Positions 17,600 to 20,000 of a stretch of 20,000 nucleotides of DNA are shown one piece after another. Made by a program: the position numbers and the translations under genes. This DNA is from an uncultured virus (IMG/VR IMGVR_UViG_3300002092_000038) (Duplodnaviria > Heunggongvirae > Uroviricota > Caudoviricetes): the IMG/VR virus record IMGVR_UViG_3300002092_000038, one strand, 5' to 3'. The notes under the pieces were generated by a model. The model made no database searches, was not told where the DNA came from, and saw nothing but the letters and a program-made list of their open reading frames with translations. Positions within the stretch are counted from its first letter, which is position 1; each line of letters begins with the position of its first letter.

Positions 17600-17818
17600 T
17601 TACCTAATTTGTCTTACAAAAAAGTTTTCTAAATCTTGTTCTTGCATTGGCTTTTTTAATCCAAGCTTTTCATAATCATCTTTAAGAGATTTATACATTT
17701 GTGAAGTAGCCTTTGACTTCCTACTTGTTTCTGTAATATAATATCTATTAATTGGTTCTGGTTTAATTTCTTCTGGAGTAGGCTTAGGCACTGCCAGGAA
17801 TTCCCATATGTGTTGCAT
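17600..17818 (-). CDS. Hypothetical protein (72 aa)
   Basis: Coupled spacing (1-nt gaps) on the operon strand. Confidence 0.65.
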   Translation of the reverse strand: MQHIWEFLAVPKPTPEEIKPEPINRYYITETSRKSKATSQMYKSLKDDYEKLGLKKPMQEQDLENFFVRQIR

Positions 17819-17819
17819 A

Positions 17820-18047
17820 TTAATTATTATCTTTTAAATAAGATGTTTGAAAACTTTCTATACTAGTTAGAAAATCAACTAACTTAGATTCAATTAAACT
17901 TAATCTTGATATATGTACTCCTGATCTAGTGCCTATATAATTTAATACTAACATATCCTCATCATAATAATAATTTAAACCTGCAGTATTATTACTGAAA
18001 CCACAACTTTCTAAAAAACCATTTAGAAAAAGTTTTACATTATCCAT
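17820..18047 (-). CDS. Hypothetical protein (75 aa)
   Basis: Starts 2 nt after the groES stop, on the operon strand. Confidence 0.65.
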   Translation of the reverse strand: MDNVKLFLNGFLESCGFSNNTAGLNYYYDEDMLVLNYIGTRSGVHISRLSLIESKLVDFLTSIESFQTSYLKDNN

Positions 18048-18049
18048 TA

Positions 18050-18439
18050 TTAATTTAGTTTAATATTTGATTTAGGATTGATCCTCATTACTATTTGTGC
18101 ATCCCTCATTATTAAAAATACCCTTAGTTTATCACCTTCGTCTATAGCTAAATCAGCTTCGTAAATATCAGGCATACAAAGTATAGTATCTCCTACATTC
18201 CATTTAAGAGGTTTCTCCCTTCCAGGTCCTACAGCTATTACCTTAGCTTTATATAACTTAGCAGACCTGATGCCCCTTTCATCTACAGCTTCCCTTTGAC
18301 TCTTTGGAATCTCAAGACCAATTTTTTCATAACGATCTTCTTCAATTATAGGTTCAATCATTACTCTGTCTAAACCAAGATCAAACTGATCGGTTGTTAC
18401 TTCATTAAGTTTTATTGCTTCTGTTTTTGTGTTTGCCAT
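18050..18439 (-). CDS. groES: GroES/Cpn10-like co-chaperonin (129 aa)
   Basis: DRVMIEP...GLEIP...AKVIAVGPG...VGDTIL...LIMRDAQIV follow the Cpn10 motif order. Confidence 0.88.
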   Translation of the reverse strand: MANTKTEAIKLNEVTTDQFDLGLDRVMIEPIIEEDRYEKIGLEIPKSQREAVDERGIRSAKLYKAKVIAVGPGREKPLKWNVGDTILCMPDIYEADLAIDEGDKLRVFLIMRDAQIVMRINPKSNIKLN

Positions 18440-18453
18440 TTTTTTCTTTTTAT

Positions 18454-18912
18454 TTAAAAATTATTAATTCTTCTTCTTTGATTCTTAGGTGCATTTTTCA
18501 ATCTAAAGATAGTTTTTAATCCATCATGAATTTCTTCTATCTCTCCTTCTTTATCTCTTGAGGAGGAAGTGTTAGCAGGTTCAAACTTTTCCCATTCTTT
18601 AATTGTTTCTTTTGTATCATACTCTCCTACAGCAGAACAATTTCTTCTAAATTGTACATCAGGAAAAAGATCCGATTTATCATAAGTACTTTCTCCTTCT
18701 TTAAGGAGAGCAATCATATAAGCAATAGGCCCATCAATTTCTTGGATATAAAACTCTTGATGTTTTTCTTCACCAGTAGGAACAGCTTGAATTATATCCA
18801 TAGGATTAAATCCTACCATATCAAACTCTACCTTTAAACTATCTCCAGTTGTAAGATATTGTTTTACTAATTTTGGATATTTTGTTTCTGGCATATCATT
18901 GTATTCAATCAT
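18454..18912 (-). CDS. 152-aa protein resembling an internal domain of the phage's own MCP
   Basis: Manual alignment of residues 12-101 to MCP residues 93-194 gives ~24 identities in collinear blocks (see findings). Confidence 0.7.
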   Translation of the reverse strand: MIEYNDMPETKYPKLVKQYLTTGDSLKVEFDMVGFNPMDIIQAVPTGEEKHQEFYIQEIDGPIAYMIALLKEGESTYDKSDLFPDVQFRRNCSAVGEYDTKETIKEWEKFEPANTSSSRDKEGEIEEIHDGLKTIFRLKNAPKNQRRRINNF

Positions 18913-18929
18913 AGTGTAAAGTTACACTA
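18912..18929 (-). promoter_or_regulatory. Perfect inverted repeat TAGTGTAA-AG-TTACACTA containing a -7-like box TAACTTTA
   Basis: 8-bp arms with a 2-nt spacer overlapping the first base of the ATG; TAACTTTA at 18924-18917. Confidence 0.6.
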
Positions 18930-19085
18930 ATAAACATAACTATCCTAATAATACCTGTTAAGGTATTTATAAAATACTTACATTAAAGTTTTTGAAATGT
19001 GGTTTTTATTATTTTACTAATTAATACTATTCTCCTTTAGAATATATTATTATAGTAAAAAAATAACTTCCCGTACTTAACAGTA

Positions 19086-19117
19086 CAAAAATACAAAATT
19101 ATTTTGAGACTAACAAA
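19086..19117 (-). promoter_or_regulatory. Consensus Bacteroidota sigma-ABfr-type promoter
   Basis: TTTG (19117-19114) - 20 nt - TATTTTTG (19093-19086), an exact match to TTTG-N19-21-TAnnTTTG. Confidence 0.75.
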
Positions 19118-19145
19118 TATTTGATTTTGTAAACTCTCAAATATT

Positions 19146-19195
19146 AACAAAGAAAAATCCTCTTAATTAATAAATTAATATTAACTAAGAGGATT
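19146..19195 (-). terminator. Intrinsic terminator after the 97-aa ORF
   Basis: AATCCTCTTAGTTAATA-loop-TATTAATTAAGAGGATT followed by TTTCTTTGTT. Confidence 0.75.
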
Positions 19196-19219
19196 CTAAT
19201 AACTTAGAGAATGTTATTA

Positions 19220-19513
19220 TTAGGCAGCAGATTGGGCAGGAACTATTGTACTTAAACTATTAGCCACTACAGCTAAAGAATCCTTAAGCGCATTAGCATC
19301 TGCTGCTGTAAGACCACCATTAACAGAAGATACATAATCTGCTATACTAGTAGTAGAGGCATTGATACTGTCAAGAATAGGTTGAAAATCGGCTAAAGTC
19401 ATTTTAATTAAATTTAAATTGGTTAAGATTTGTTGATTATATATACTGATTGTAAAAAGCTTTGTAAGTAAAAAGAGTACCAACAGTACTAAACCTGCAC
19501 AAACATATTCCAT
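19220..19513 (-). CDS. Membrane-anchored coiled-coil protein (97 aa)
   Basis: N-terminal hydrophobic helix YVCAGLVLLVLFLLTKLFTISIY, then an Ala/Ser-rich amphipathic helix; has its own -7 box and terminator. Confidence 0.7.
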   Translation of the reverse strand: MEYVCAGLVLLVLFLLTKLFTISIYNQQILTNLNLIKMTLADFQPILDSINASTTSIADYVSSVNGGLTAADANALKDSLAVVANSLSTIVPAQSAA

Positions 19514-19532
19514 ACTATTTTATTTTATAATA

Positions 19533-19540
19533 CAAAGGTA
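19533..19540 (-). promoter_or_regulatory. -7 box TACCTTTG upstream of the 97-aa ORF
   Basis: Exact TAnnTTTG about 20 nt before the ATG; no clear -33 box. Confidence 0.6.
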
Positions 19541-19600
19541 TAATTAAAAATCAGAATAACCATCTTTTCCTATAGGAAGATTAATTAATTTGATTAATTG

Positions 19601-19672
19601 GGTCCAAGCTCAGTATTGGACTGAGTTCCTCTCCTTCACAGGGAGATACATCACCTTAATGCTTCAAGAACC
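19601..19672 (-). tRNA. tRNA-His(GTG), degenerate or possibly a pseudogene
   Basis: Anticodon arm TCTCC-CTGTGAA-GGAGA; G-1:C73 identity pair; T-arm CTCAG-TCCAATA-CTGAG; two U-U mismatches in the acceptor stem. Confidence 0.7.
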
Positions 19673-19678
19673 ATATTG

Positions 19679-19749
19679 TAGTCCTACCTGGATTTGAACC
19701 AAGACAAACAGAGTCAAGGGCTGTTGTGCTACCATTACACCATAGGACT
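19679..19749 (-). tRNA. tRNA-Gln(TTG), atypical anticodon arm
   Basis: Acceptor AGTCCTA/TAGGACT; D-arm GTG-TAATGGTAG-CAC; anticodon arm ACAGC-CCTTGAC-TCTGT; T-loop TTCAAAT. Confidence 0.85.
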
Positions 19750-19754
19750 AATTG

Positions 19755-19826
19755 CGGGGTATACTGGACTTGAACCAGTAACCAATGGGTTAACAGCCCA
19801 CTGCTCTACATTGGAGCTAATACCCC
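19755..19826 (-). tRNA. tRNA-Asn(GTT)
   Basis: Acceptor GGGGTAT/ATACCCC with G73; anticodon arm GTGGG-CTGTTAA-CCCAT; T-arm ACTGG-TTCAAGT-CCAGT. Confidence 0.92.
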
Positions 19827-19830
19827 TTTG

Positions 19831-19905
19831 TCTAGGTACTCGGAATCGAACCGAGGAACACTTGTTTCCAGAACAAGGAAGTATATCCGTCTGCATGACA
19901 CCTAG
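19831..19905 (-). tRNA. tRNA-Pro(TGG), atypical
   Basis: C1:G72 and A73 Pro identity elements; anticodon arm CTTGT-TCTGGAA-ACAAG; T-arm CTCGG-TTCGATT-CCGAG; weak D-stem. Confidence 0.8.
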
Positions 19906-19914
19906 ATAATATTG

Positions 19915-19986
19915 CACACCCTACTGGGGGTCGAACCAGTATGACTAGTTTTGGAGACTAGGATACTACCATTGTATGAAAGATGT
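19915..19986 (-). tRNA. tRNA-Trp(CCA)
   Basis: Acceptor ACATCTT/AGGGTGT with G73; D-arm ATAC-AATGGTA-GTAT; anticodon arm CTAGT-CTCCAAA-ACTAG; 8-nt T-loop TTCGACCC. Confidence 0.88.
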
Positions 19987-20000
19987 GTATAACAAAAAAC

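Noticed and set aside
1111..18837. Plus-strand ORFs in the track (1111, 4161, 6655, 7464, 7941, 8253, 9822, 10744, 13386, 13863, 18652)
   Set aside because: They are antisense shadows of well-supported minus-strand genes, with no motifs and a composition typical of reverse-complement frames.
19567..19578. 12-bp palindrome TTCCTATAGGAA after the tRNA cluster as a terminator
   Set aside because: It is short, loopless and lacks a U-tract on the minus strand, so it could be chance.
19694..19917. ORFs 19694-19909 (+) and 19735-19917 (-)
   Set aside because: Both lie over tRNA genes.
1..20000. Stop-codon reassignment (TAG to Gln or TGA to Trp) as in some Crassvirales, prompted by the Gln and Trp tRNAs
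   Set aside because: Long genes are intact in code 11, TGA serves as a stop in ATGA overlaps (1179, 16712), and the anticodons are TTG and CCA, not CTA or TCA.
1..20000. CRISPR array, DGR template/variable repeat pair, or invertible fibre cassette
   Set aside because: No regularly spaced repeats, long near-identical duplications, reverse transcriptase or recombinase were visible by eye; a self dot-plot would be the definitive check.

Overview
AT-rich (roughly 30% GC by eye) segment of a crAss-like (Crassvirales-type) Bacteroidota phage. All supported genes lie on the minus strand and read intact in genetic code 11. In transcription order (high to low coordinates): five CCA-less tRNA genes (Trp, Pro, Asn, Gln, His; several atypical), a stand-alone membrane-anchored ORF, a 152-aa protein, a GroES-like co-chaperonin, small ORFs, wHTH and HU/IHF-like proteins, a Cys-motif protein, candidate TerS, TerL, portal, scaffold, major capsid protein (MCP), a conserved head-module protein, a ring/adaptor protein, an auxiliary capsid protein, a GH19 lysin, then Cys-rich tail hub/fibre genes running off the left edge. 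The most notable observation is that the 152-aa protein aligns by eye to residues ~93-194 of this phage's own MCP, so it looks like a free-standing capsid-domain paralog. It sits directly upstream of a co-chaperonin with T4 gp31-like changes (longer mobile loop, deleted roof hairpin). All family assignments come from motif recognition and synteny, not database searches.
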